Shown: in pieces, positions 1 through 11,401 of the stretch
Numbering within the stretch: the first letter of the stretch is position 1
Layout of the letters: every line of letters begins with the position of its first letter
Assembly: GCF_006345805.1 (NCBI RefSeq)
Contig: NC_043005.1
Coordinates: 107,942,001-108,006,000, forward strand
DNA: 64,000 bases
Reading direction: 5' to 3'
Source of the DNA: Octopus sinensis
Taxonomy: Eukaryota
Position numbers and translations under genes: made by a program
Notes under the pieces: model-generated
What the model saw: only the letters and a program-made list of their open reading frames with translations
Database searches by the model: none
Told to the model about the DNA's origin: nothing

Positions 1-409
1 AATAATCAAATGTTATCCATGATTTTCTCATTCTTTTTAATACTTAAAATATCAAGAAAGATATAAACCAGTGTATCTCATATTTTATTACACAGTAAGT
101 TGTAATCTGAGGCAAAATTATCTTCTATTTCAAGACAGTCAAGGGATTAAACAGACGTGTACTCTCTTCTTGTAAAGCACGAGAAATGTATTTTTGTTAC
201 TCTTTGACAAACTTATTTCTAATGCTTCAACAATGATATCATTGGAGACTTCCACCCTACAGCAAGTTCAAGAGTACTTGAAGAACAGTAGCATCACTGG
301 GGACATATGGGATTCGAAGACCAAAATCACAGCAAAGAAAAGGTGGTTAATAACAACACGTGTACATACACTGCTGCATCTGTACATACAAATATATATG
401 TGCATATAC

Positions 410-410
410 A

Positions 411-467
<57 letters not shown>

Positions 468-577
468 GTATGTATATGTATGTATGTATGTATATATATA
501 TACATATATATATGCATATGTGTATGTATGTATATACATACATATATATACATGTATATGTATATTTATATATATAT

Positions 578-643
<66 letters not shown>

Positions 644-737
644 TCAGGGAGGCACAGATAGATAGACAAATAGATAGGCAGATTGATGGATAGATAGATA
701 GATAGACATGGATAGATAGACAGACAGATAGATAGAC

Positions 738-821
<84 letters not shown>

Positions 822-822
822 G
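410..822. repeat. Compound microsatellite (TA)n/(TATG)n followed by (GATA)n
   Basis: Directly visible simple repeats; source of the spurious IY/IYLS ORFs. Confidence 0.95.
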
Positions 823-1340
823 AACATTGACTGGATAGTCAGTTATATTCCAACAAATAGTTTCCAAATATCATTGATATCTCTTTTGATTAATATTGCT
901 TTTATTCACGTTTGAGTGTATACATGTATATATGTATGTGTCCGTGTGTGTGTGTGCATGTGTGTGTGTGTGCACGTGTGTGTGCGTGCATGTGTGTGTA
1001 TTAAACATAGCCAAACCTACACTAAAACACTTAGAGATAAATAAAAACTCCAGCAGAATCATTGTAATTATTTATAAAGAAAGAGCATTAGTACAATATA
1101 TCAAAGTTAAACTCACCATAAATATTGATGGTTTGAGGAGAAAAAATGTTCTATCCACAACACACCTGGGGATTAAATTTACACCTCTTCATTTAAAACA
1201 ACCACCACAATCATACACACTCAGGTACACATAGATACCCAAAAGGACTTATATTTACACATATGTATGTATGGATATGATAAATAAGCACATATATATA
1301 TATAGACATACATGTATAGGTATGTATATATATATATATG

Positions 1341-1385
<45 letters not shown>

Positions 1386-1611
1386 GTATATATGTATGTG
1401 TAAGTGTATACATATACATACACACACACACACATATATATAATATATATAAAGGCATACACACAGGCACACATGAATATATATATCATCATCATCATCA
1501 TCATCATCATGATCATGATATATATATTATATATATATATATATATTATATTATAATTACATATATATATATATATGTATTTCATACACTATATATGAAT
1601 ATTTATATATA

Positions 1612-1984
1612 TCCTTTCTTTTATTTGCATTAGTCATTTGAGTGCAGCCATGCTGGGCACTTCCTTTTTAGTCAAACAATTAAACTCCAGGATTTATTCT
1701 TTGTAGGCCTAGTACTTATTCTAGCGGCCTCTTTTCTCGAACTGCTAAGGTACTAGGACATAAGCACAGCAACATCAGTTGTCAAGCGATAGTGTTGGTG
1801 GTGGTGGGAATGAACGCAGACACACAAACATATACATACATATATATATACACCAGGCTTCTTTCAGTTTCCATCTATCATTCCACTGAAGAAGACACTT
1901 GCCCAAGGTGTCACACAATGGGACTGAACCAGGAACCATGTGGTTGGCCAATAAGCTACTTACCACACAGCCACTCCTGTGCCT
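1612..1984 (-). mobile_element. tRNA-derived SINE, family A (~400 bp, internal TA/TG microsatellite)
   Basis: Reverse complement of the multi-copy consensus (head GTGGCTGTGTGGTAAG with A-box-like TGGCTGTGTGG and B-box-like GGTTCAGTCC; tail GAAACAAGTAAAAGAG) found more than 10 times in the window. Confidence 0.85.
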
Positions 1985-2200
1985 ATATATATATTATACA
2001 TATACATATATATATATATATACATACATATATATACATATATATATATGAATATATATATATGTATATATAAAAATATGCATATGTATTAATATGTTTA
2101 TATATTATATATATATATGTATATATATATAACATTCATGCACACTGACATGCATACACACATGCACTCACAAACACACACACTTGCACACAAATGATCA

Positions 2201-2231
<31 letters not shown>

Positions 2232-2512
2232 GCACGCACGCACGCACGCAAAGCACTTACTTTTGAAACTTTATTACTTCGTTGTTCATTCAACCTTTAT
2301 GGACCTTAAAACAATCGAACGACCTATAACAACAACAACAGCAACAGCAACAACAACAAACCACCACCACCACCACCAGATGGCACTGTGTTTTCCCTAT
2401 ATTACCGGTCATTTTCATTTGCTGTTGCTGTAACTGTTTTAATATCACTATAGTTTGTCATTGCATTTTTAGTTGCTGTTGTTGTTGCTGTTGTTGCAGC
2501 TGTTGTTGTTGC

Positions 2513-2553
<41 letters not shown>

Positions 2554-2565
2554 TCTATATTTCAG

Positions 2566-2719
2566 TTATTGACCATTTCAATGGACTTCATGCGGCATCA
2601 CTCTGCTTAATTTTATTTGATTTTGTTTTTGATGTGATTCTCTTTTGCTTTGCATTTCTTGTTCCGGCCGAGTCTTGGGATTTCTGCAGTGGAGACACTT
2701 TGGAAAAGGTGGCATACTG
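2566..2719 (+). CDS. Candidate exon of an unidentified gene (IDHFNGLHAASLCLILFDF...WDFCSGDTLEKVAYW)
   Basis: Acceptor ttttctatatttcAG, donor TG|GTAAAT, one frame open for 154 nt. Its phase-2 end fits the candidate exon at 4594. No homology recognised; may be a pseudo-exon. Confidence 0.25.
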
Positions 2720-2868
2720 GTAAATGCAATGAATCATGCCGAAATGATGCCAACTAGAACTGCAACATACGTTTGTGATCTTTTTGCATGTGTGTGTGTG
2801 TGTGGAGATGTGTATATTCAACATGCTTAAATAAGCATGCTGATAAATACATGTCTATGAATGTGTGT

Positions 2869-2909
<41 letters not shown>

Positions 2910-2988
2910 TATATAATTTTATATATATTTATACAGAGGGACACACAGACAGACAGACAGATAGATAGATAGATAGAAAGGTAGATCA

Positions 2989-3037
<49 letters not shown>

Positions 3038-3063
3038 TTTATTTTATAATTATATTATTATTA

Positions 3064-3096
<33 letters not shown>

Positions 3097-3269
3097 TTAT
3101 ATATATGTATATGTGTGTGTGTGTGTGTATATATACACACACACACATGCATACACACACATCTATACATATATATATGTGTGTATATAACACACACACT
3201 TTATATGCAGAGGCATATTTCCATATCCATTAACAATATTCTATGGTTTTCCAACTATATAAGCACAGG

Positions 3270-3663
3270 CAAAACTGCTTAAAAAGCTGGCTTTGCAACA
3301 ATAGGGTTTCAGGTTCAGTCCCACTGTGCAGCACCGTGGCCAAGCATCTTCTACTACAGACCTGAGCTGACCAATGACTTGTCGGTGAATTTGGGATTCA
3401 GAAACTATGTGGAATCTTGTTCTAAATATGTGTGTGTGTCTTGTGCCTGTGAAAGTCATTCCACACCATTTGACAACCAGTGTTGGTTTGTTTGCAGCCC
3501 TGTTAGATAAATGTGTCTAACGGAATAAGTATCGGACCACCAGACTTGCAAAAAAAAAAAAACAATAAGTCCTGAGTGTTGATTTGTTCAGATAAAACGC
3601 TTCAAGGCAGTGCTCCAGCATGGCAGTAGTCCAATGACTGAAACAAGTAAAAGATAAAAGATA
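3270..3663 (+). mobile_element. SINE family A, diverged copy
   Basis: GGTTCAGTCCCACTG head and GTCCAATGACTGAAACAAGTAAAAG tail. Confidence 0.8.
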
Positions 3664-3709
3664 TTTCCTGTGAGTGCATTGAGAATGAAAGGTATGTGTG
3701 TGTGTGTGT

Positions 3710-3748
<39 letters not shown>

Positions 3749-3792
3749 GCCACTACACACATTTGTTTCTCTCCTTGTTTCTTTCCGTGTCC

Positions 3793-3828
3793 CTTTCTGT
3801 AGAAGAGCATAGGCTCGAAACGTAAAAG
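3793..3828 (+). ncRNA. Degenerate minimal hammerhead-ribozyme-like motif (Penelope-like element remnant)
   Basis: CTTT-CTGTAGA-A-GAGC(ATAG)GCTC-GAAAC-GTA-AAAG: stem I CTTT/AAAG, perfect stem II, palindromic ACGT stem III; core has A6->U relative to CUGANGA. Confidence 0.4.
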
Positions 3829-3917
3829 ACTTTTTCAATTCCCGAGCATTATACTAATACATCTGTTTGTTTTCTACACCACTTGTCTTCATCTTTCGTT
3901 TTTTTCATGAATTCTTC

Positions 3918-4022
<105 letters not shown>

Positions 4023-4593
4023 TAATGAAAAATAGTAATGGAATAAATGATTATCTTATGAACTTCATTAGCTTACAGCTGTTTCCATTGTATGATGCTG
4101 TGGACTATAAGTCGAATACTTTACAGATCCATCAGAGCCTCAGACATGAATATGAGGTGCCATGATGTGCATGCCTTTACTTAGTTCTCCAGGTTATTTG
4201 TATCTCAATGCCTAAGTGAAAGTGTGCTTGTGTGTGTGTTGGTGTGTTTGTATGTCTGTGTTTGAGTTTGTGTGTGTGTGTGTGTGTGCATATCTGTGTG
4301 TCCATCTACCAGATTTTACTCACAAATGTTGGTCAACCTGTGGCAGTAATAGTATGAGACATATCTCGAATATTCAGCTCAAATCTAGTCAAATGGATCT
4401 CAGTTCAAAAAGACCTTTAATTAAACAAACTTCTCTCATCAAAGGAACCTCTGTTTAATAATTACTTTGATCAAACATGCATCTCATCAAAAAGGGCTCA
4501 GGTGAAATATGTCTATGCAGTGACTATACTTTTATTCAGACACGAGATATAGCTGAATAAAATTGTTTTTATTTTTATTGCTGTTGTCTTCAG

Positions 4594-4731
4594 GGAAGTT
4601 AGGAGGATGTTTGAGCTATGCTATAATGGTAATCTGTGAAATCCATTGCTCCATGATCCCATATTTTTACGTGCATGGAAAATGCAGAATGATAGACCAG
4701 TTGTAGAGCTAAACCAAAAAATACTCACCAG
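4594..4731 (+). pseudogene. Candidate exon or pseudo-exon (EVRRMFELCYNGNL*NPLLHDPIFLRAWKMQNDRPVVELNQKILT)
   Basis: Strong acceptor tttttattgctgttgtcttcAG, possible AG|GCAAG donor, in-frame TGA at 4637-4639. Could instead be a terminal exon or chance. Confidence 0.18.
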
Positions 4732-4769
4732 GCAAGCATTTATTTTTTTCAGTTTAAAGTGATTTCTTT

Positions 4770-4864
4770 TGTGCTGTAGACTATTTACCATTTCTGTGGC
4801 GCCCCCTCCTTCACTTGATTCCCCAAGCACATGCTTCTTTTGCTTAATGGTTAATCCAGCACTG
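4770..4864. mobile_element. Right-end fragment of the hAT-like MITE family seen at 34992-35418
   Basis: Shares TTACCATTTCTGTGG(C/T)GCCCCCT...TTAATCCAG terminal sequence with 35340-35418. Confidence 0.55.
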
Positions 4865-4883
4865 GTTTAACTGGTGATTAGTG

Positions 4884-5283
4884 TACTCTTTTACTTGTTT
4901 CAGTCATTTGACTGTGGCCATGCTGGAGCACCGCCTTTAATCGAGCAACTCGACCCTGGGACTTATTTTTTTGTAAGCCCAGTACTTATTCTATCGGTCT
5001 CTTTTGCCGAACCGCTAAGTAACGGGGACATAAACACCAGCATCAGTTGTCAAGCAATGCTACAGGGACAAACACAGGCACACAAACACACACACGCATA
5101 TATATATATATATATATATATACATATGTACGACGGGCTTCTTTCAGTTTCCATCTACCAAATCCACTCACAAGGGTTTGGTCAGCCCGAGGCTATAGCA
5201 GAAGGCACTTGCCCAAAGTGCCACACAGTGGGACTGAACCCGGAACCATGTGGTTGGTAAACAAGTTACTTACCACACAGCCA
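4884..5283 (-). mobile_element. SINE family A
   Basis: Near full-length reverse-complement match to the family consensus. Confidence 0.9.
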
Positions 5284-5578
5284 GAGTATTTATAATATTT
5301 TATTCTAGTTTAGAAATTTTCTTTTATTTTTAGATAACAAATAAACATCCTGATGTTGCAACTATATTTGCATTTATCTGTAATGACTTAGAGAGATACT
5401 GTTGCAAGACTGCTAATGTAATTGTCCAGTAGCATATTGTAGCTGTGTCCTTTACTTTCTGGATGATTGATCATGTATTGCAAAAGAATAATTGGCTCAA
5501 TCTTCCAATGGTAACACACCATGACACCAAAATATCTAAATATGGCTACTTCCTCTCATTGTGTAAGCCACGTCTACA

Positions 5579-6004
5579 AAGGCGCAGGTGTGGCTGTATG
5601 GTAAGTAGCTTGTTTACCAACCACATGGTTCCAGGTTCAGTCCCACTGTGTGGCACATTGGACAAGTGTCTCCTACTATAGCCTCGGGCCGACCAAACCT
5701 TGTGAGTAGATTTGGTAGACGGAAACTGAAAGAAGCCTGTCGTGTATATGTATATATATATATGTATGTGTGTGTGTGTGTGTATATGTTTGCATGTCTG
5801 TTTATCCCCCCAACATCACTTGACAACCGATGCTGGTGTGTTTGCGTCCCTGTAACTTAGCAGTTCAGCAAAAGAGACCGATAGAATAACTACTAGGCTT
5901 AAAAAGAATAAGTCCTGGGGTCGATTTGCTCGACTAAAGGAGCTGCTCCCGCATGGTCGCAGTCAAATGACTGAAACAAGTAAAAGAGTAAAAAGAGTAA
6001 AGAG
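5579..6004 (+). mobile_element. SINE family A
   Basis: Full-length copy with A/B-box-like head and AAAGAGT tail repeats. Confidence 0.9.
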
Positions 6005-6151
6005 CAAACTGTTATGGCAATTCTCTGACTAAACCATGACCATAAATTTTGCAATGATGTATCGGTGTATACTCCATGTTTATAAACACTATAATGGGGT
6101 ATTATTGTATACACTGTGTCTATAAACTTTGTAATGGTATATCTTTGTGTA

Positions 6152-7686
6152 TACATTTGAGTATTTAAATACTCATCAACATCGTTTAACGTCCACTTTC
6201 CATGCTAGCATGGGTTGGACGATTTTGACTAGGGCTGGCGAACCAGATGGCTGCACCAGGCTCCAATCTTGATATGGTAGAGTTTCTACATCTGGATGCC
6301 CTTCCTAATGCCAGCCACTTCGAGAGTGTAGTGGGTGCTTTTTACATTAGAGTATTTAAATACTCATCAACATCGTTTAACGTCCACTTTCCATGCTAGC
6401 ATGGGTTGGACGATTTTGACTAGGGCTGGCGAACCAGATGGCTGCACCAGGCTCCAATCTTGATATGGTAGAGTTTCTACATCTGGATGCCCTTCCTATG
6501 CCAGCCACTTCGAGAGTGTAGTGGGTGCTTTTTATATTAGAGTATTTAAATACTCATCATCATCGTTCAACGTCCGCTTTCCATGCTAGCATGGGTTGGA
6601 CGATTTTGACTGAGGGCTGGCGAACCAGATGGCTGCACCAGGCTCCAATCTTGATATGGTAGAGTTTCTACATCTGGATGCCCTTCCTAACGCCAACCAC
6701 TCGAGAGTGTAGTGGGTACTTTTTATATTAGAGTATTTAAATACTCATCATCATCGTTCAACGTCCGCTTTCCATGCTAGCATGGGTTGGACGATTTTGA
6801 CTGAGGCTGGCGAACCAGATGGCTGCACCAGGCTCCAATCTTGATATGGTAGAGTTTCTACATCTGGATGCCCTTCCTAATGCCAGCCACTTCGAGAGTG
6901 TAGTGGGTGCTTTTTACATTAGAGTATTTAAATACTCATCATCATCGTTCAACGTCCGCTTTCCATGCTAGCATGGGTTGGACGATTTTGACTGAGGGCT
7001 GGCAAACCAGATGGCTGCACCAGGCTCCAATCTTGATCTGGTAGAGTTTCTACATCTGGATGCCCTTACTAACGCCAACCACTCCGAGAGTGTAGTGGGT
7101 ACTTTTTATATTAGAGTATTTAAATACTCATCATCATCGTTCAACGTCCGCTTTCCATGCTAGCATGGGTTGGACGATTTTGACTGAGGGCTGGCGAACC
7201 AGATGGCTGCACCAGGCTCCAATCTTGATCTGGTAGAGTTTCTACATCTGGATGCCCTTCCTAATGCCAGCCACTTCGAGAGTGTAGTGGGTGCTTTTTA
7301 CATTAGAGTATTTAAATACTCATCATCATCGTTCAACGTCCGCTTTCCATGCTAGCATGGGTTGGACGATTTTGACTGAGGGCTGGCGAACCAGATGGCT
7401 GCACCAGGCTCCATCTTGATCTGGTAGAGTTTCTACATCTGGATGCCCTTCCTAATGCCAGCCACTTCGAGAGTGTAGTGGGTGCTTTTTACATTAGAGT
7501 ATTTAAATACTCATCATCATCGTTCAACGTCCGCTTTCCATGCTAGCATGGGTTGGACGATTTTGACTGAGGGCTGGCAAACCAGATGGCTGCACCAGGC
7601 TCCAATCTTGATCTGGTAGAGTTTCTACATCTGGATGCCCTTCCTAACGCCAACCACTCCGAGAGTGTAGTGGGTGCTTGTTACAT
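6152..7686 (-). repeat. Tandem array, 8 x ~191 bp, derived from an RTE LINE 3' tail; each unit carries the palindrome GAGTATTTAAATACTC
   Basis: Palindrome starts at 6159, 6350, 6540, 6731, 6922, 7114, 7306 and 7497 (periods 190-192). The unit body matches the RTE 3' tails at 13049, 31661, 61003 and 62399. Confidence 0.95.
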
Positions 7687-7976
7687 GTCAGTCAGGCGGT
7701 ACTGGCAACGAGCTCGCTCGAATCTTTTTACTCGTGCCACCAGCAAAGGTGCCAGTGAAGCGACGTTGGTAACAATCACACTCGGTGCAAAGTACACTGA
7801 TTTATAATCTTATGTGTATTTTGTTATGGAGTAAATAGGGATTTATGTTGAACTAGTATAGGGTATTTTGGGTGTAAAGTATTCCGATATTAATGTTTCT
7901 GCTTCATTTTTAGGGTTCTGTTAAACCAGCCACTGAGCAGTTGATCACTGCATTCTAGATATGGTGAAGATTCTGT

Positions 7977-8188
7977 TTTACTCTTTTACTTATTTCAGTG
8001 AATTGACTGTAGCCATGCTGGAGCACCGCCTTTAGTCGAGCAAATCGACCCCTGGACTTATTCTTTGTGAGCCTAGTACTTATTCTATGGGTCTCTTTTG
8101 CCGAACCACTAAGTTGCGGGGACGTAAACACACCAGCATCGGTTGTCAAGCAATGTTGGAGGGGGGGAACAAACACAGACACACAAAC

Positions 8189-8231
<43 letters not shown>

Positions 8232-8888
8232 AAATAGAAAAGAGTTAAAAAACTACAGAAGGCTTGTTTTATAAGGTTAAAGAATATATTTAAGTCGTTA
8301 TTTTAGAAAAATGTTATAAAATTTTGTGTATAATAACATAGTTTTTGGAGAAATAACCGGATTCAGGTAAACTTTTCAAATTTCTCAAATTTCTTTACCT
8401 ACATCATGTCATGTCTTCCTTACAAAATTTTATAACATTTTTCTAACATAACGACTTAAATATATTCTTTAACCTTATAAAACAAACCTTCTGTAGTTTT
8501 TTAACTCTTTTCTATTTTATATATATATATATGCATGTGTGTGTGTATATGTTTGTGTGTCTGTGTTTGTTCCCCCCCTCCAACATTGCTTGACAACCAA
8601 TGCTGGTGTGTTTACGTCCCCGCAACTTAGTGGTTCGGCAAAAGAGACCCTTTTCTTTTTTTTATACATCCAACAACGTGCTTTCACACACCAACTCTAT
8701 CCCCTGTACATATATATATATATGACGGGCTTCTTTCAGTTTCTGTCTACTAAATCCACTCACAAAGCTTTGGTCAGTCCGAGGCTATAGTAGAAGACAC
8801 TTGCCTAAGGTACCATGCAGTGGAACTGAACCTGGAACCATGTGGTTCGTAAGCAAGCTACTTACCACACAGCCACACCTACGCCTAT
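7977..8888 (-). mobile_element. SINE family A split at its internal microsatellite by a fold-back insertion
   Basis: 3' half at ~7977-8230, 5' half at ~8710-8888, inverted-repeat block between them. Confidence 0.75.
8089..8650. repeat. Long inverted repeat: arms 8089-8327 and 8422-8650, 94-bp spacer
   Basis: Arms are reverse complements with only a handful of substitutions plus a (TA)n length difference. Confidence 0.92.
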
Positions 8889-9415
8889 AGATGTCTTATT
8901 TTTAAAAATAAAGACGTCTATATCTTGGACTATAATGCCCTCTGCAAATTTTGTTTCTCTTTTATAGATATTTTATGACATTGAGCCTTGGAATTAAATA
9001 TATTTGTCTGTCTAAACACTATAAGACATTTTCACCAATTCTTTATAGACTCTTCCTAAATATTATCCATAAACTAAGCTCACAAGGGAGCTTCTTTGCT
9101 ATTAGTCTGAGAACATGTAAGAAATAGCAGCCAAATCTCCCTCAAGTCACCAAGTCCACCATGTTATAAGAAGTAAAAACTCGTTTTATTACATTCCTGA
9201 ATATACTTTGTTTCAGAAAGCAAATGAAACAGTCACAAGTGGGATGAAAGCACATTGATGATAGATTTGGTCAATAAAGGTTAATCTAGAGCTAAGCAAC
9301 TTCCATAGCAACTATTAAAATTATCTGCTTGGATTCAAACTTAGATATCAATCTATTCATTTCTTGACCACTTTTTGGGGCAAACATGTGAGCACTTCCT
9401 GTCACCAACTCTTAC

Positions 9416-9460
9416 CTGATTTATATATGGATATAATAAAGTATTGTTCATTCCACTTGT
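9416..9460 (-). CDS. Candidate 45-nt micro-exon (TSGMNNTLLYPYINQ or KWNEQYFIISIYKS)
   Basis: Acceptor ttctataatcttgcAG and donor CAG|GTAAGA; two frames open; no homology recognised. Confidence 0.15.
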
Positions 9461-9581
9461 CTGCAAGATTATAGAACTAACAGAAGATCAGTTGATAAGG
9501 AATATCAACATTTCATGTGAAATGCAGATTAAAAAGTTTCAAACTGGTGTGCACACATGTGAAGATACATACATATATATT

Positions 9582-9989
9582 ACTCTTTTACTCTTTTACT
9601 CTTTTACTTGTTTCAGTCATTTGACTGCAGCCATGCTGGAGCACCGCCTTTAGTCGAGCAAATCGACCCCGGGACTTATTCTTTGTAAGCCCAGTACTTA
9701 TTCTATCGGTCTCTTTTGCCAAACCACTAAGTGACGGGGACGTAAACACACCACCATCGGTTGTCAAGCAAACACAGAGACACAAGCATATACACACACA
9801 CTTATATATATATATATACATATATACGACAGGCTTCTTTCAGTTTCTGTCTACCAAATCCACTCACAAGGCATTGGTCGGCCCGGGGCTATAGCAGAAG
9901 ACACTTGCCCAAGATGCCACGCAGTAGGACTGAACCCGGAACCATGTGGTTGGTTAGCAAGCTACTTACCACACAGCCACTCTTGCGCC
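9582..9989 (-). mobile_element. SINE family A
   Basis: Full-length reverse-complement copy. Confidence 0.9.
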
Positions 9990-10520
9990 TATATACATAT
10001 TTGGTCCATATATTTACTGATTTTTGAAGTGCCCAACAGTTACATGAGATCTCACAAGTACTTTATTAGTGACTTCAACCAAGCACCAAATACACACACA
10101 CACGCACAGGGACAGGCAAAATGAAATATAATATAAATGAATGTGCTTGTATCATAAATACAGATACAAGATTTTGTGTGTGCATATATGTACATATCAC
10201 TATTTTCATATATTGTCATTTATTTTCATGTATGTGTGCATGACTATATATGTATATATTATATATTATACATTATATATTTATATGTATGTATCTTCAT
10301 AAATAGCTCTATGAGTATATATGATATATTTATACAATAAAGTATGTATATAATAATATATTCATGAATACATAAAAGTACATGACATTATAAACATATA
10401 ATGATGTATAAGATTAGTCTTATATTGTATGCATACATGCATGCATTCATACACACACATATTGCATTGGTATATGTATATAATATTTGTGTATATGTAC
10501 GTATGTATGTATATGTACAC

Positions 10521-10569
<49 letters not shown>

Positions 10570-11075
10570 TATATATATATATACATATATATACATATAT
10601 ATATATACATATTCATATATAGATATACATGCATGCATATTTATTTATAATTCTGACTATTTTCATCTGAAAATAGCACAGTTAACTTACTTAACAGTTT
10701 CGGATTAAGAAGTAAAGAAATAAAAACAGATTAAGCAAAGTTACTTCCTCTCAAAGTAAATATAACAACAACAACAACAACAACAACAATACACAGAACT
10801 GGAACAACAGTAAAAGACAACAGAGATAGATAATTCAGAGGAAGGGAAAAAAATTCACTAAAAAGAAATTATCTAATCAATTGTACTTTCACTAATTGTT
10901 CTCTGAACACTTTACATTCAGCTTGTGATTTTTCTAAATACAACGATATTTGATTAATTAGTTTTGTCACCAATTTAATAACAGATTGAACATTCAACAT
11001 ATCTCCCTCATATTCACCCAATTTTTATGTTTTCTTCTATCAATGTTGTTATATTCTTAAGTATTTTACATATAG

Positions 11076-11121
<46 letters not shown>

Positions 11122-11277
11122 CCATAATATTCTGCTTTCATTATTGAATTTTGTATTTTTGTAGTATTTTTACTCCTTGGTAATTTTGTTTGGTAGGGGT
11201 AATGCTGTCATTTTTATTTATATATAATTCAGTAATTTTTCAAGAATATGAAATATTTTTGGCAAGATTCCTGAGTC

Positions 11278-11313
<36 letters not shown>

Positions 11314-11334
11314 TGTGCATATATGTATACAAAC

Positions 11335-11401
<67 letters not shown>

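Noticed and set aside
194-1633. Long IY/YI/IYLS-rich ORFs, here and throughout the ORF track
   Set aside because: Translations of (TA)n, (TATG)n, (GATA)n and (CA)n microsatellites that lack stops in some frames.
2261-2323. Minus-strand exon with good splice sites
   Set aside because: All three frames contain stops; could only be a UTR or start exon and has no supporting evidence.
4637-4639. Selenocysteine codon
   Set aside because: No similarity to known selenoprotein motifs and no SECIS recognised downstream.
5340-5540. piggyBac transposase fragment (GHSYNMLLDNYISSL, minus strand)
   Set aside because: Only a loose resemblance to one DN motif; no other catalytic motifs or TTAA/TIR ends.
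6159-7512. CRISPR-like array (regularly spaced palindromic repeat)
   Set aside because: The 'spacers' are near-identical ~175-bp LINE tail copies, there are no cas genes and the context is eukaryotic; it is a tandem satellite.
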